Assembly: GCA_021842405.1 (NCBI GenBank)
Contig: JAKBZR010000005.1
Coordinates: 2,354 to 66,353, forward strand
Reading direction: 5' to 3'
From: a bacterium
GTDB lineage: Bacteria > Armatimonadota > Chthonomonadetes > Chthonomonadales > JAMCWF01
DNA: 64,000 bases
Shown here one piece after another: positions 1-9,865 of the stretch; the first letter of the stretch is position 1, and each line of letters opens with the position of its first letter. The notes beneath the pieces were generated by a model. It searched no databases and was not told the origin of the DNA. It saw only the letters and a list, made by a program, of their open reading frames with translations. The position numbers and the translations under genes were made by a program.

Positions 1-1
1 G

Positions 2-199
2 GGTATCGTAAAACGGAATTTGGATATACCCGATCCCGTTCGAGTGGTGACGATTGTAGCCGTCGCTCATCCCGGAAATGTGGAGGAAATGGATGAGGAT
101 CTCCAACGGCGCGAAAAATCACCCCGCGCCCGAAAGCCGCTAGAGGAAATAGCTTGTTGGGATGAGTGGACGCTGCCGGTTACCCTGCCGGAGTGCTAG
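2..199 (+). CDS. 3' end of a CDS entering from upstream of the window; product unknown (tail loosely nitroreductase-like)
   Basis: In my own translation, frame 2 is open from the window edge to TAG at 197-199 (GIVKRNLDIPDPVRVVTIVAVAHPGNVEE...TLPEC*). It has no start in the window, so it is absent from the ORF track. Confidence 0.35.
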   Translation, partial: GIVKRNLDIPDPVRVVTIVAVAHPGNVEEMDEDLQRREKSPRARKPLEEIACWDEWTLPVTLPEC

Positions 200-287
200 C
201 CGAACCAATAAAAAACGTTGCCACCTTTGGCTGAATCTGAATTTAAATTGATCAAACATTAAACCGAGAGGAGAGACGAACGTTACG

Positions 288-1379
288 ATGCTTGCCCATT
301 CAACCTTGAAGGATCTCGCTCGTCGGCGGGAGGGCCGAACCCGCCGATCTTCCAGCTTTGACCGCACGGGCGGTAACCGCGATTTTATCAGCATACCGGT
401 TGGTGAAACGGCCACGCTGGCCGATATCAAGGGCGCCGGCTGCATCACCCATATCTGGTTTACCGTCAACTGCCGCGACCGATACTACCTGCGCCAGCTC
501 ATTCTCAAAATGTACTGGGATGGAGAAGAGTGTCCATCCGTCGAATGTCCGGTTGGCGATTTCTTTAACCTCGGTCACGGTATTGCGGCTTCGAACGCCT
601 CGCTGCCTTTGACCACCATCGCCCCCAAGGATGATGAAAAGAAGTTGGGCGGCCACATGGCGATGAACTGCTACTTTCAAATGCCGTTCGGGAGCGGCGC
701 CCGCATCACCATCTCCAATGAGTCCAGTGAAGCGGTTGACAGCTTTTATTACTACATAGACTATGAAGAGCACACTGCGCCAGACCCGGACGGGCTGCGG
801 TTTCATGCCCAATGGAGGCGGGAAAACTCCACCCATACTCTCGAAGGCGAGCTGGCGCTCAAAGGGATCAACTACTGGTCGCGAATGGAGGCCCCCAACC
901 TGGATGGCGCCGGCAACTATCTTATCCTGGAGGCTGAAGGCGCCGGGCACTTCGTGGGATGCAATCTTTCGGTGGATAACATAGATCCAACCCCGGATGG
1001 GCTAACCTGGTGGGGCGAAGGCGACGATATGATTTTTATTGACGGGGATCAGGTGCCCACCATCAATGGAACCGGCTCGGAGGACTATTTCGGCCATGCA
1101 TGGGGTATGCACGATCGGGCTTATCCCTACAACGGCACCTCGCTGCACGAGTACGATCCTGACCGCCCAACGAGGCGAAAATGCACCTCTTATCGTTTCC
1201 ACATTGAAGATCCGGTCCTATTTAACCGTTCCATTCGAGTGACCATTGAGCATGGGCATGCAAACCTTCAGGTCAACGATTACGCCAGCACCGCCTACTG
1301 GTATCAGACGGAGCCCCATGCGCCATTCCCACCGTTGCCGGACAAGGTGGGGCGGTTGCCACGACCGGATCGAGGTTGA
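288..1379 (+). CDS. DUF2961 / GH172-family glycoside hydrolase, cytoplasmic (no signal peptide)
   Basis: 363-aa ORF. Motifs IKGAGCITHIWFT, WGEGDDMIFIDG and C-terminal ASTAYWYQTEPH match my recollection of DUF2961. A paralog lies at 54770-56320. Confidence 0.75.
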   Translation: MLAHSTLKDLARRREGRTRRSSSFDRTGGNRDFISIPVGETATLADIKGAGCITHIWFTVNCRDRYYLRQLILKMYWDGEECPSVECPVGDFFNLGHGIAASNASLPLTTIAPKDDEKKLGGHMAMNCYFQMPFGSGARITISNESSEAVDSFYYYIDYEEHTAPDPDGLRFHAQWRRENSTHTLEGELALKGINYWSRMEAPNLDGAGNYLILEAEGAGHFVGCNLSVDNIDPTPDGLTWWGEGDDMIFIDGDQVPTINGTGSEDYFGHAWGMHDRAYPYNGTSLHEYDPDRPTRRKCTSYRFHIEDPVLFNRSIRVTIEHGHANLQVNDYASTAYWYQTEPHAPFPPLPDKVGRLPRPDRG

Positions 1380-1493
1380 TGGCAACCTATCCGTCACATT
1401 GTCGGCCGGCAATAGTACTAGACAAGTGAGCAATCAACCGATATACTAATGGCGCTCAATTTATCCTTCTGTCAGTTTGAAAGGAGGTGAACA

Positions 1494-3389
1494 ATGCCAA
1501 ACTTCTCGAAATCACGAGTTTCGTTATTAACCATAGCTTTTACGTTGCTGGCCGGTCAACTCAGCTTGACCGCGCGCGCTGATACGATACGTCCGATTAA
1601 GCTTAAGGTCGGCGGCAAAAAAGTTCAGTCCGCCACCCCGATTTTAACCGACGGCAGCGATGTCTACCTTCCCTTGGATGATGCATCGGTATTGGGATGC
1701 ACCGCCCAACTTTCAAGGAGAAAAGACACCGCCACGGTGACTCCATTGGCAGGCAACCCATTTGAGGTCCCAGTGGTTAAGATAGCTGGTAATCGGCTGC
1801 TTTCGATGAATGCAATCGCGAATGCGTTGCAGTGCCTTTTGAGCATTCCCAGCGGAAAAGGAGATGCGGTGCTCAGCGCCTCGATTCAAGAGGTGAAATT
1901 AACTGGGAATCGCCTGATGATCCGAGCCGGCCTGCCTATTCAGGCCGTTCTCCACCAGGATTTCAATCATCAGCCGCCGATGTTTTACCTTGATTTGCCC
2001 GATACCTTTTTACCGGAGGGCTTCAAGGCCGCTCCGATTCGGTCCGGTGGCGCCGCTGCTGCAACCAATCTGAGGGTTGGACAGTTCGACCCAACCACGG
2101 TTCGGGTCGTGGTGGAGACGGGGCAGCCGGTCGCCGTCAACTTGCTCAAGAAAACGGCGTCCGGTACGGTGGCGTTGCAGTTTGAACCGGTGCAGGCACC
2201 GCTTCCCATTACAAATCCGGCCATTCAAAATGTATCGCCAGCCAGAAAGAATACACCATCCAGCAATCCGGAGCAGGCCAATCAGAGGGCAGGGAACAAT
2301 CTACCGAGCCGCTCCGAAACGCTGGAGCAGGCGGAACAGCCGTCATTACCGGTATCCGGTGGTATTTCATCCCCTACGAGTAATGGCCCATCAATTCCAG
2401 CCAATCCGAACCTTCCTATGATTACGGGTATACAGATCAAGCATTCGGGCATAAATCGCGCCGTACTCCACTTCACGACCACCGGCCCGGTGCAAACGAT
2501 GATGAGGATTTTAAAGGGTGGTGCGGAGCTGGCCATTGATTGCATCCATGCAGGGGTCAGCCTGCCGGCCAGCACGATCCCGCTCAACCTACCCTTAATC
2601 AAGACCGTTCATGTAATCGGCAAAGTGGCCGGCGAGGACGCGGAGCGAATCGTGCTGGATACCGCTCGAATATTGGCCTACCACATGCAGCCCGACGCGG
2701 TTGCTGGTCAGGGCTTTACGCTCAACCTGAATGTTCCGACCAGTACCGGTATGCAGCTCAGCAATACGATCATTGTGGTTGATCCAGGCCATGGGGGCAC
2801 CGAGTCAGGAGCGGTTTGGCATGGGCAAAATACGACCGTCTACGAGAAGGATTTAACGCTGCAGATCGGTTTGAAGTTGGCGGCATTGCTTCAAAATGCG
2901 GGTGCTCAAGTGATCATGACGAGGACAACCGATACCACTGTTCCACTAGATAGCCGTCCCGAGCTTGCCAATCAAAATCACGCAAATATCTTTGTCAGCG
3001 TACATATTGATGATTGTCCTGGGCACAACGTGGCCTCCGGCAGCACCGTCTATTATCACATGGACAGTGCGGACAGCCGAGCGCTGGCCGAATCGGTCGA
3101 CTCACAGATTGCAGCCGTAAGCGGCCTTCCAAATCGGGGCGCGCTGTCGGACGGCGTGCTCTATCAATCGGGGTTAGCCGTGCTGCGGCTCAGTACGATG
3201 CCGGCCATACTGGTCGAATGCGGCTTCATCAATAATGACACCGATCGTTCGCTGTTGATGAATTCGGACTATCAAGAGAAGTTTGCTCAAGCGATCTGTC
3301 AGGGAATCATAAATTATGTGGAAAGCGGTGCGATGCCGGCAAATTCCAATAATCAGCCGATATCTCCCAATACACTGAACCAACAATGA
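1494..3389 (+). CDS. N-acetylmuramoyl-L-alanine amidase (Amidase_3 catalytic domain) with long N-terminal beta-rich/AMIN-like region and Pro/Ser-rich linker
   Basis: Strong SD (gaaaggaggtg) lies upstream of the ATG and there is a signal peptide. The C-terminal domain carries VVDPGHGGTESGAV...FVSVHID...ILVECGFINN, as in AmiC-type amidases. Confidence 0.85.
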   Translation: MPNFSKSRVSLLTIAFTLLAGQLSLTARADTIRPIKLKVGGKKVQSATPILTDGSDVYLPLDDASVLGCTAQLSRRKDTATVTPLAGNPFEVPVVKIAGNRLLSMNAIANALQCLLSIPSGKGDAVLSASIQEVKLTGNRLMIRAGLPIQAVLHQDFNHQPPMFYLDLPDTFLPEGFKAAPIRSGGAAAATNLRVGQFDPTTVRVVVETGQPVAVNLLKKTASGTVALQFEPVQAPLPITNPAIQNVSPARKNTPSSNPEQANQRAGNNLPSRSETLEQAEQPSLPVSGGISSPTSNGPSIPANPNLPMITGIQIKHSGINRAVLHFTTTGPVQTMMRILKGGAELAIDCIHAGVSLPASTIPLNLPLIKTVHVIGKVAGEDAERIVLDTARILAYHMQPDAVAGQGFTLNLNVPTSTGMQLSNTIIVVDPGHGGTESGAVWHGQNTTVYEKDLTLQIGLKLAALLQNAGAQVIMTRTTDTTVPLDSRPELANQNHANIFVSVHIDDCPGHNVASGSTVYYHMDSADSRALAESVDSQIAAVSGLPNRGALSDGVLYQSGLAVLRLSTMPAILVECGFINNDTDRSLLMNSDYQEKFAQAICQGIINYVESGAMPANSNNQPISPNTLNQQ

Positions 3390-3907
3390 AGAAAAAGACA
3401 CTTATTTGGATCGGGATTTGCATTGCAATTGCGGCGATTGTGCTATGGCGATGGCTCCCCAGCCGATCCTCATACTATCAGGGGAACGGGAGTATTCGGA
3501 TACCGATGGTGCAAGTGCATAACAACCAATTTAAAATGGCAATGCGGCTGTACCACGTAGATCCCAAACAGGACGTGGTAGCGGAGGCGCTGCGCAAACT
3601 GCTTTCCGATGGCGGGGCGCTCTCTCCATTTCCATCCGGTACCCGGCTGCTGGATTTACGAGTGCAAAACAGCATCGCTTACGTCAATTTCAGCTCCGAG
3701 TTCAACCAAATCCGTGAAAATGGTGATACCACTGAGTCGCTGGCGCAAAATGCGCTGCGCAAGACACTGGCTCAGTTTGAGCAAGTTAAGGCCATGCGCA
3801 TCATGGTAGATGGCAAGCCGTTTGTGGGGGAACACTCCGATTGGTCACAACCAATCCCGGTGAGGGGCACCGACGGCGGCGTCACGCAAGGCGCAAGCGC
3901 CGGATGA
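3386..3907 (+). CDS. GerMN-domain protein (membrane anchored)
   Basis: ATGA overlap with the amidase stop. N-terminal TM helix. The segment LLDLRVQNSIAYVNFSSEF...MRIMVDG resembles the GerMN domain often found beside amidases. Confidence 0.6.
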   Translation: MKKKTLIWIGICIAIAAIVLWRWLPSRSSYYQGNGSIRIPMVQVHNNQFKMAMRLYHVDPKQDVVAEALRKLLSDGGALSPFPSGTRLLDLRVQNSIAYVNFSSEFNQIRENGDTTESLAQNALRKTLAQFEQVKAMRIMVDGKPFVGEHSDWSQPIPVRGTDGGVTQGASAG

Positions 3908-4761
3908 TGAAGTGTGGACCAGTCGGTGTGTTTGATTCGGGGGTTGGCGGCTTCAGTGTAATCAACGCGATGCGGCGCGTGTTGCCGTTCGCGCCCATCC
4001 TTTCCATCGCCGATCAAGCCCATGTTCCTTACGGGGGTAGGCCCTTAGAGGAGATCAATACGTACGCATTGGGGATGACCCGGTATCTGGTTGAAAAGGG
4101 CTGTTCGGCGGTTGTGATGGCCTGCAATATCTCCTCGGCGGTGGCGCTCGATGACGCTCGTGAGGCGTTTCCCGAATTACCCATCATCGGGGTGATTGAG
4201 CCGGGAGCGGCGCTGGCTGTCCAAACGACAAAAAACGGGCGAATTGGAGTGCTGGCCACGGTTGGCACGGTTCGAAGCGGCGCTTATACCCAAGCCTTGA
4301 TACGGGTGCAATCGCAGGCTGAAACATTTGAGGTGGCCTGTCCCAATCTAGTTCCACTGATTGAGAGGGGAGACACGGCCGGCTCGCAAGCCGAAAGGGA
4401 GGTGCGTGCCGTTACCGAGCCGCTATTGAAAGCCGAGGTGGATACCATCGTTTTAGGCTGCACCCACTACCCATTTCTGGCCGATGTGATCCAAGAAATA
4501 GTCGGGCCGTCCATTCGACTGGTGGATCCGGCTGAGGCAGTGGCTCAAGAGGTGGCGCTGCGATTGCAGGATTGTGAAGAGGGGTGGAGAAGCTATCTTG
4601 CGGAATCGGTCTACTGCACAACCGGCGATCTCGCCCATTTTAAACGGCAGACACGCCGGTTGTGCATGGCGGAGGAAGGCGATTTCAAAGTTCTAACCTG
4701 GGATAACGGGAAATTGAGTGATGCCCCGCAATTTGTAAAAGTTCCGAGCAATAAGGGCTGA
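3904..4761 (+). CDS. murI: Glutamate racemase
   Basis: An internal ATG at 3904 forms an ATGA overlap with the GerMN stop. VGVFDSGVGGFSV, MACNISSA and LGCTHYPF are MurI signatures. The track ORF start at 3841 is probably too long. Confidence 0.9.
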   Translation: MMKCGPVGVFDSGVGGFSVINAMRRVLPFAPILSIADQAHVPYGGRPLEEINTYALGMTRYLVEKGCSAVVMACNISSAVALDDAREAFPELPIIGVIEPGAALAVQTTKNGRIGVLATVGTVRSGAYTQALIRVQSQAETFEVACPNLVPLIERGDTAGSQAEREVRAVTEPLLKAEVDTIVLGCTHYPFLADVIQEIVGPSIRLVDPAEAVAQEVALRLQDCEEGWRSYLAESVYCTTGDLAHFKRQTRRLCMAEEGDFKVLTWDNGKLSDAPQFVKVPSNKG

Positions 4762-4819
4762 GGGTTTCCACGATATCACATAATACCGGAAGAGTGCTTT
4801 CATTACGGATGAGGAAAGG

Positions 4820-5572
4820 ATGTATAACGGAGTGCCGCGAGTAGATGGGCGTGAAAACGGGGAGTTGCGAACAGTTAAGCTTATACGAGGGGTGATGGCT
4901 TATGCAGAAGGCTCTTGCCGGATTGAAGCAGGCTTTACCCATGTCCTTTGCACCGCTACGGTTGAGGAAAAGGTGCCTCCATGGCTGAAAGGTCGTGGGC
5001 AAGGTTGGGTTACGGCCGAATACAGCATGCTGCCGCGTTCATGCCGCCAGCGAATCCCACGCGAAAAGAACCAGTCCAGCGGGCGAACGATGGAAATCCA
5101 GAGACTGGTTGGACGGAGCTTGCGCGCGGTGGTGGATATGACCGCTTTGGGTGAGCGCACGATCTGGCTGGATTGCGACGTTTTACAGGGCGATGGGGGG
5201 ACTCGAACCGCATCGGTGACCGGCGCCTACGTTGCGCTGGCCGATGCCTGCCGCTGGTTAAAGGATCAAGGTTTGGTGAAGCGAAATCCACTGACCGGCG
5301 TGGTGGCGGCAGTGAGCGTGGGCCATGTGAACGGAGAGGCCTTACTCGATCTTTGCTATGAAGAGGATTCACGAGCAGCGGTGGATATGAATATCGTTAT
5401 GACCGATACCAACCGCTTTGTGGAGGTTCAAGGAACGGCTGAGGGCTTGCCTTTCGACCGGAATCAGCTTAACTCCTTACTGGACCTGGCGCAATCCGGA
5501 ATTCGTAAGTTGATGGCAATCCAGAAGGAAACCCTGGAAGAAGCACTGCCTGAAACATCGAATTCGAAATAG
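4820..5572 (+). CDS. rph: Ribonuclease PH
   Basis: [30 protein letters not shown]...[11 protein letters not shown]...[19 protein letters not shown] aligns along its full length with RNase PH as I remember it. Confidence 0.9.
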   Translation: MYNGVPRVDGRENGELRTVKLIRGVMAYAEGSCRIEAGFTHVLCTATVEEKVPPWLKGRGQGWVTAEYSMLPRSCRQRIPREKNQSSGRTMEIQRLVGRSLRAVVDMTALGERTIWLDCDVLQGDGGTRTASVTGAYVALADACRWLKDQGLVKRNPLTGVVAAVSVGHVNGEALLDLCYEEDSRAAVDMNIVMTDTNRFVEVQGTAEGLPFDRNQLNSLLDLAQSGIRKLMAIQKETLEEALPETSNSK

Positions 5573-5607
5573 CCGGTCCATATTTTTAAATTCAAAAGGC
5601 TCACAAT

Positions 5608-6195
5608 ATGTCCGATGATTCCCAATTGGAAGCAACCGCTGAAAAACTGAAGCACGTGAAGCTGCTCGCGATGGATGTGGATGGTGTTTTAACCGATGGA
5701 GCAATCTGGCTGGAATCGGATGGCAGCGAGGCAAAGCGGTTTAGCGTGGCCGATGGCTTGGGCATTGTGCTGATGTTGAAGGCGGGGCTGCTTGTCGTTT
5801 GGATATCGGGCCGCCGATCGGTGGCGGTGGAAAAGCGCGCGGCTGAGCTGAGCATCACCCACCTGTTTCAGGGGGCCCGGAATAAAAGTCGCGTCATTGC
5901 GCAGCTTATGGCAACCTACTCGCTCGGCTCCGCCAATATCGCCTACATCGGCGATGACCTAAACGATCTCCCCGCTTTCGCCACCGCCGGCGTTCGATTT
6001 GCGACGGCCAATGCAGCCGGTGAAGTAAAAGCGGTTGCCGATTTTGTCACCGATAATTCGGGTGGGGGCGGCGCAATTCGCGAAGTTTGTAATGCGATCC
6101 TGAAAGCGCAAAACCGGTGGACATCGGCCGTCGAAAGCTATTTGAGCGAAATTCTCCAGTCAAACGAGGCTGAATCGCAGAATACTGCGATCTGA
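5608..6195 (+). CDS. kdsC: KDO-8-phosphate phosphatase-like HAD-IIIA hydrolase
   Basis: LLAMDVDGVLTDG...SGRRS...YIGDDLNDLP...GGGGAIREVC closely parallels E. coli KdsC. Confidence 0.7.
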   Translation: MSDDSQLEATAEKLKHVKLLAMDVDGVLTDGAIWLESDGSEAKRFSVADGLGIVLMLKAGLLVVWISGRRSVAVEKRAAELSITHLFQGARNKSRVIAQLMATYSLGSANIAYIGDDLNDLPAFATAGVRFATANAAGEVKAVADFVTDNSGGGGAIREVCNAILKAQNRWTSAVESYLSEILQSNEAESQNTAI

Positions 6196-6210
6196 AATCG
6201 TGATTGGAGA

Positions 6211-6360
6211 GGTTGTTGAAAAAATCGTAGAAGCCCGCTGCTTCGTCATTCCCGCCTGCCTACCTGTCTGCAACACCTGCCTTCCGCGCTGGGCTTGGCG
6301 CAGGCAGGGGCAGGCCGCAGGCAGGCGAAAGCGGGAATCCAGTTCCCTCGGGAGGATGCT
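6211..6360. repeat. GC-rich palindromic intergenic repeat, family B (gttgttgaaaa...tcgtcattcccgc...gcgggaatcc)
   Basis: Shares its opening module and the cattcccgc/gcgggaatcc arms with 12954-13145, 44781-44937 and 46021-46175. The ORFs predicted here (6160-6429, 6200-6421) are repeat artefacts. Confidence 0.6.
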
Positions 6361-6420
6361 TGTTATATTGGCTGAGAGTGACCAAATCCAATTTATCATT
6401 CTGAAACCGGAGGTAGGATA

Positions 6421-8406
6421 ATGCGGCAATTCGGACTTAGGAATTTTCTCTCGGTTATAGTAATTATCGTGTTAAGCGTACCGGCGGCCGCCCAATCGAG
6501 CTTTCCGGTTAGGGTGAACGTGGAAGTCGACTCGGCAATCCGCCGGGTACCGCCCTTGCTTTACGGCCAGAATACCGAATGGACATCCAACGGCGACAAC
6601 CTCTGGAATCCAGCGACCGGCCATGCAAAGGAGGCGGTGGTTGCGCTGGTGAAGCCGATTCATCCGGCCCTCATCCGTTTTCCGGGAGGCTCCCTCTCCA
6701 ACTGCTACCGATGGGAGTGGGCGGTCGGCCCCATCGCGGCACGAAAACCCAATATGGTCTGGTTCAGCGCACGACCCTCCACCGCCAACGGTACCTGGAG
6801 TCTGCAGGGTGGAAGCACCGCCCCGAATGACTACGGCTTTGATGAGCACATGCGGTTTATTCGTGAAGTGGGAGCAAAGGGGGCGCTGGTGACGGTCAAT
6901 GCAACTTACTTCCCCGGCTCCCCTGAATACGGGGGCAGCCCCCAGGAGGCCGCCGCCTGGGTTGCCTATGCCAATGCCAGAGTTGGTGGACGCGACGTGA
7001 AGATCGGTACCGATTACCGAGGTATTAACTACCACAGCAGCCGCTATTGGGCGCAATTGAGGGCTAAAAACGGCCATCCCGCTCCCTACGATGTCCGTTA
7101 TTGGGAGATCGGTAATGAGGTCAACGACATCAGTCAGGGAGCCGGTATGAGCGGCAGAACTTATGCGGAGCGGGTTCACGAATACGCCAAATTGATGCAC
7201 GCGGTGGACCCGTCGGTGCGGATTGGAGCAGTGCTGGGATTTCGCTGGCTAAAGGACATCCTAAGCATAGCGGGGCGCGATATCAGCTTTCTAATCTATC
7301 ACTTTTATGCTCCCGGCATTGATAATCAAGGCTTTACCTTATGGAGCAACAGCTCGAAGGATATCCCTTTTACCGTGACCGCCGATGACAGCGCGGTGAT
7401 CGTGCGCGCATCAGGCACCCCGGCCAACGGAGGCTGGCCCGATATGGTCGTTTCGATTGATGGGAAGCAGATCGGGAGCTATACAATAACGGCTGATCAA
7501 CGCAAGAGCGCCTTTGATGAGGAGAGGATACCTCTTCAGGTCTTGCCCGGCAAGCATAGACTGGCGATTGCCTTTACCAACGATATGATGACCAAAACGG
7601 AAGACCGCAACCTGTACATTGATGGCATTTGGTTGGAGGAAAGCAATCACCGGCGGACTGCCGTATCAGTGATAAATTCGACCGACATGATGCATCTGCT
7701 GTCCAGTGAGCCGGCTGCTTTCGCTAGCCGTTTTCAAACGATTCGCCAAGCCGTTCATCAGTACGCACCGGCGAGGGCGGGGCATGTCCATGTGTTCGTC
7801 ACCGAGTTTAACGCGATGTACTCCCTGACCGGTACTTCACCTCATCAAATTCGGCAGCTTAAGAGCGCGTTGATGGTGGATGGAATTCTCCAGCGCGCCC
7901 TCACCGAGCCGCTGTGTCAGGAGACCAACTTTTGGTGCTTGAATTCGTGGTACTTTCAGATCGTGCAGATGGGGCGGGATGGATCGTTCTTCTATTCACC
8001 ACAGGGCTTGGTCTACCGAATTATGCAGCCGCTCTATCAGGGCGAGGTGGTTCGATCGGTGGTGGAAAGCCCTGACTTTCCACCACCTCATACGATGCCG
8101 ATTCCGGCCTCACCCAAAGTTGCGGCGGTGGCAGTTCGAAATGGAAGGCAGCTTGCGGTGAATCTGGTCAACTACGATGTGGGTGGAACGGCGCGCATCG
8201 CTCTGCGGATAAGTGGGGTATTCACGGCTCGACGCTCCAGGTTACTTCTCTGCACCGGGCTTAGCTACAACTCAGAAAACAGCACCGCCGATCCTCGTCA
8301 GGTTCATATCGTTGAACAGAGGCCGAGAATGATCGGTAAGGCCGTTGATTTCAATTTGCCCGCCCATTCCTGCGCCACGCTGATCCTGTCGGAAGGAGTG
8401 AAATAG
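6421..8406 (+). CDS. Secreted clan GH-A-like glycoside hydrolase (arabinofuranosidase/GH51-39-79-like) with inserted carbohydrate-binding-like module
   Basis: Signal peptide. YWEIGNEV (acid/base-like) and VFVTEFN (nucleophile-like) motifs. Inserted segment SIDGKQIGSY...DRNLYIDGIWLE resembles a CBM. Confidence 0.6.
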   Translation: MRQFGLRNFLSVIVIIVLSVPAAAQSSFPVRVNVEVDSAIRRVPPLLYGQNTEWTSNGDNLWNPATGHAKEAVVALVKPIHPALIRFPGGSLSNCYRWEWAVGPIAARKPNMVWFSARPSTANGTWSLQGGSTAPNDYGFDEHMRFIREVGAKGALVTVNATYFPGSPEYGGSPQEAAAWVAYANARVGGRDVKIGTDYRGINYHSSRYWAQLRAKNGHPAPYDVRYWEIGNEVNDISQGAGMSGRTYAERVHEYAKLMHAVDPSVRIGAVLGFRWLKDILSIAGRDISFLIYHFYAPGIDNQGFTLWSNSSKDIPFTVTADDSAVIVRASGTPANGGWPDMVVSIDGKQIGSYTITADQRKSAFDEERIPLQVLPGKHRLAIAFTNDMMTKTEDRNLYIDGIWLEESNHRRTAVSVINSTDMMHLLSSEPAAFASRFQTIRQAVHQYAPARAGHVHVFVTEFNAMYSLTGTSPHQIRQLKSALMVDGILQRALTEPLCQETNFWCLNSWYFQIVQMGRDGSFFYSPQGLVYRIMQPLYQGEVVRSVVESPDFPPPHTMPIPASPKVAAVAVRNGRQLAVNLVNYDVGGTARIALRISGVFTARRSRLLLCTGLSYNSENSTADPRQVHIVEQRPRMIGKAVDFNLPAHSCATLILSEGVK

Positions 8407-8422
8407 GGCGCTTCTCGCCGAT

Positions 8423-9589
8423 CTATTCGGAAGGGCGCCCGCCGACGTCGCTGCCTGCCAGCGATGCCATTGGGATAAGTCCCACCGTCGTCTCTTCGCG
8501 TTGAGTAAAAAATGTTTTGCAAAACTGATCGCATGAGGCACAGGTTTTGCTGGGTGGCTCATTGCGTAAGGCCAGCTCGCGGTTACGCTGGAAAAGCTCG
8601 TTGTTCCAGATATCCCAAAAGTCGTGCTCCAAAAGATTCCCGTAGGAGTAGGTTTCTTTGAAGGGGGTGCAGCATCCCAACGTGATATCGCCGCTGTAGG
8701 CGACCCGAAACTCCTCACCCCAGAAGAAGGGGCAGAAGAAAGGCTTGCTGGGGTCGCTCCAACTGGCGTTTTCGTCGGGAAACGATTTACAGCGGACTCC
8801 TAATTGCTCCATCCGCGCCTTCGCCTGCTCCAACTCAACGTGATAAGATTCCCGACTGCGCCGATTTTTAAAGCCCCAATCATAGGCGGCAAAGGTGATG
8901 CAGTTGATAAAATCAACCCCAAACTCATGCGCCTGTTCCACAAATGGAACCAACTCCCCCACGTTTTCATTCAGCATGACGAAATTGATACCCAGCATCG
9001 GGAAACGGGCGCCGGTCTGACGCTTGGTGCGAACCAGACGCCGGATATTTTCATGGAGCACCTCCAGGTTGCCTCCACGCCTCACTCGGCGGTAGGTGTT
9101 GGGAAAAGCAGCGTCAATGCTGATGTTCAGCTCGGTGAGGCCGCTATCCATTAACCGCTCCGCCTTCTCTTGGTCAATGAGCATTCCGTTCGAGTAGATT
9201 CCGATTTTGCACCATGGACGCTCTTTACGGGTATAAGCGATCACATCGAAAAACCGCTTATACATCATCGGCTCCCCAAAACCGTTGACTGAAAGGTTCA
9301 TCACATAAGGGAATTGGGCCAGGATTCGCTGGAAATTTTCGTACTCGATGTCGCCCAGTTTGTATGGCTTCAACCCCAGCGACCTCAAGCATTGTATGCA
9401 GGCCAGATTGCACCGGTTTGTCAACTCAATCTCAATTCCGGGGGGCTGGCTCTTCATAATCAGCGGGCGCTCTCGGTACTCCTTCTGATACTGGCGGTAG
9501 TTCTTGAGGACCGCTGGGTGAACCAGTATGGTGAAGGCGTCATTTTCCTTTAATCTGCGGTAGTTATCTAACACACTCGTAAAAGCCAT
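8423..9589 (-). CDS. Radical SAM enzyme with C-terminal SPASM-type Cys cluster
   Basis: CNLACIQC (CxxxCxxC) lies near the N-terminus. The C-terminal Cys-rich tail reads FFCPFF...GCCTPF...CASCDQFC. Confidence 0.8.
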   Translation of the reverse strand: MAFTSVLDNYRRLKENDAFTILVHPAVLKNYRQYQKEYRERPLIMKSQPPGIEIELTNRCNLACIQCLRSLGLKPYKLGDIEYENFQRILAQFPYVMNLSVNGFGEPMMYKRFFDVIAYTRKERPWCKIGIYSNGMLIDQEKAERLMDSGLTELNISIDAAFPNTYRRVRRGGNLEVLHENIRRLVRTKRQTGARFPMLGINFVMLNENVGELVPFVEQAHEFGVDFINCITFAAYDWGFKNRRSRESYHVELEQAKARMEQLGVRCKSFPDENASWSDPSKPFFCPFFWGEEFRVAYSGDITLGCCTPFKETYSYGNLLEHDFWDIWNNELFQRNRELALRNEPPSKTCASCDQFCKTFFTQREETTVGLIPMASLAGSDVGGRPSE

Positions 9590-9699
9590 CTTAGCACCTC
9601 TTTTCCCGGGCCTACTTAGAATAGCGGGTCCTCATGCGATTATTAATTAGGACATTTGTTAATAGACACATGAGAATTCATTTCTCTTGGGATGATGGT

Positions 9700-9833
9700 G
9701 GAAGCATCGGCAGGCACCCCCACCCTAACCCTCCCCCTCAAGGGGAAGGGGAATATTTCTCCTCTCCAAACTTGGAGCGGGGACAGCGGTGAGAGCCTTC
9801 CACTTGAATTATCCAGAAAACAGAATCAATTCA
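9700..9833. repeat. Degenerate copy of the GC-rich MITE/repeat modules
   Basis: Contains cccccaccctaaccctccccctcaaggggaagggg and a degenerate right terminus ccagaaaacagaatcaattc. Coordinates are approximate. Confidence 0.4.
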
Positions 9834-9865
9834 TAATGTCAAATATATTACGTCCGGCGTAATAA

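Noticed and set aside
300-950. Long antisense or out-of-frame ORFs inside well-supported genes. Examples are 300-950, 6472-7200, 14573-15280, 25309-26124, 25535-26128, 34820-35539, 41287-41913, 43332-43853, 56045-56536 and 61498-62343.
   Set aside because: Each overlaps a gene with clear family motifs on the other strand or in another frame. Their compositions are Arg/Pro/Gly-rich, as expected for shadow ORFs in GC-rich DNA.
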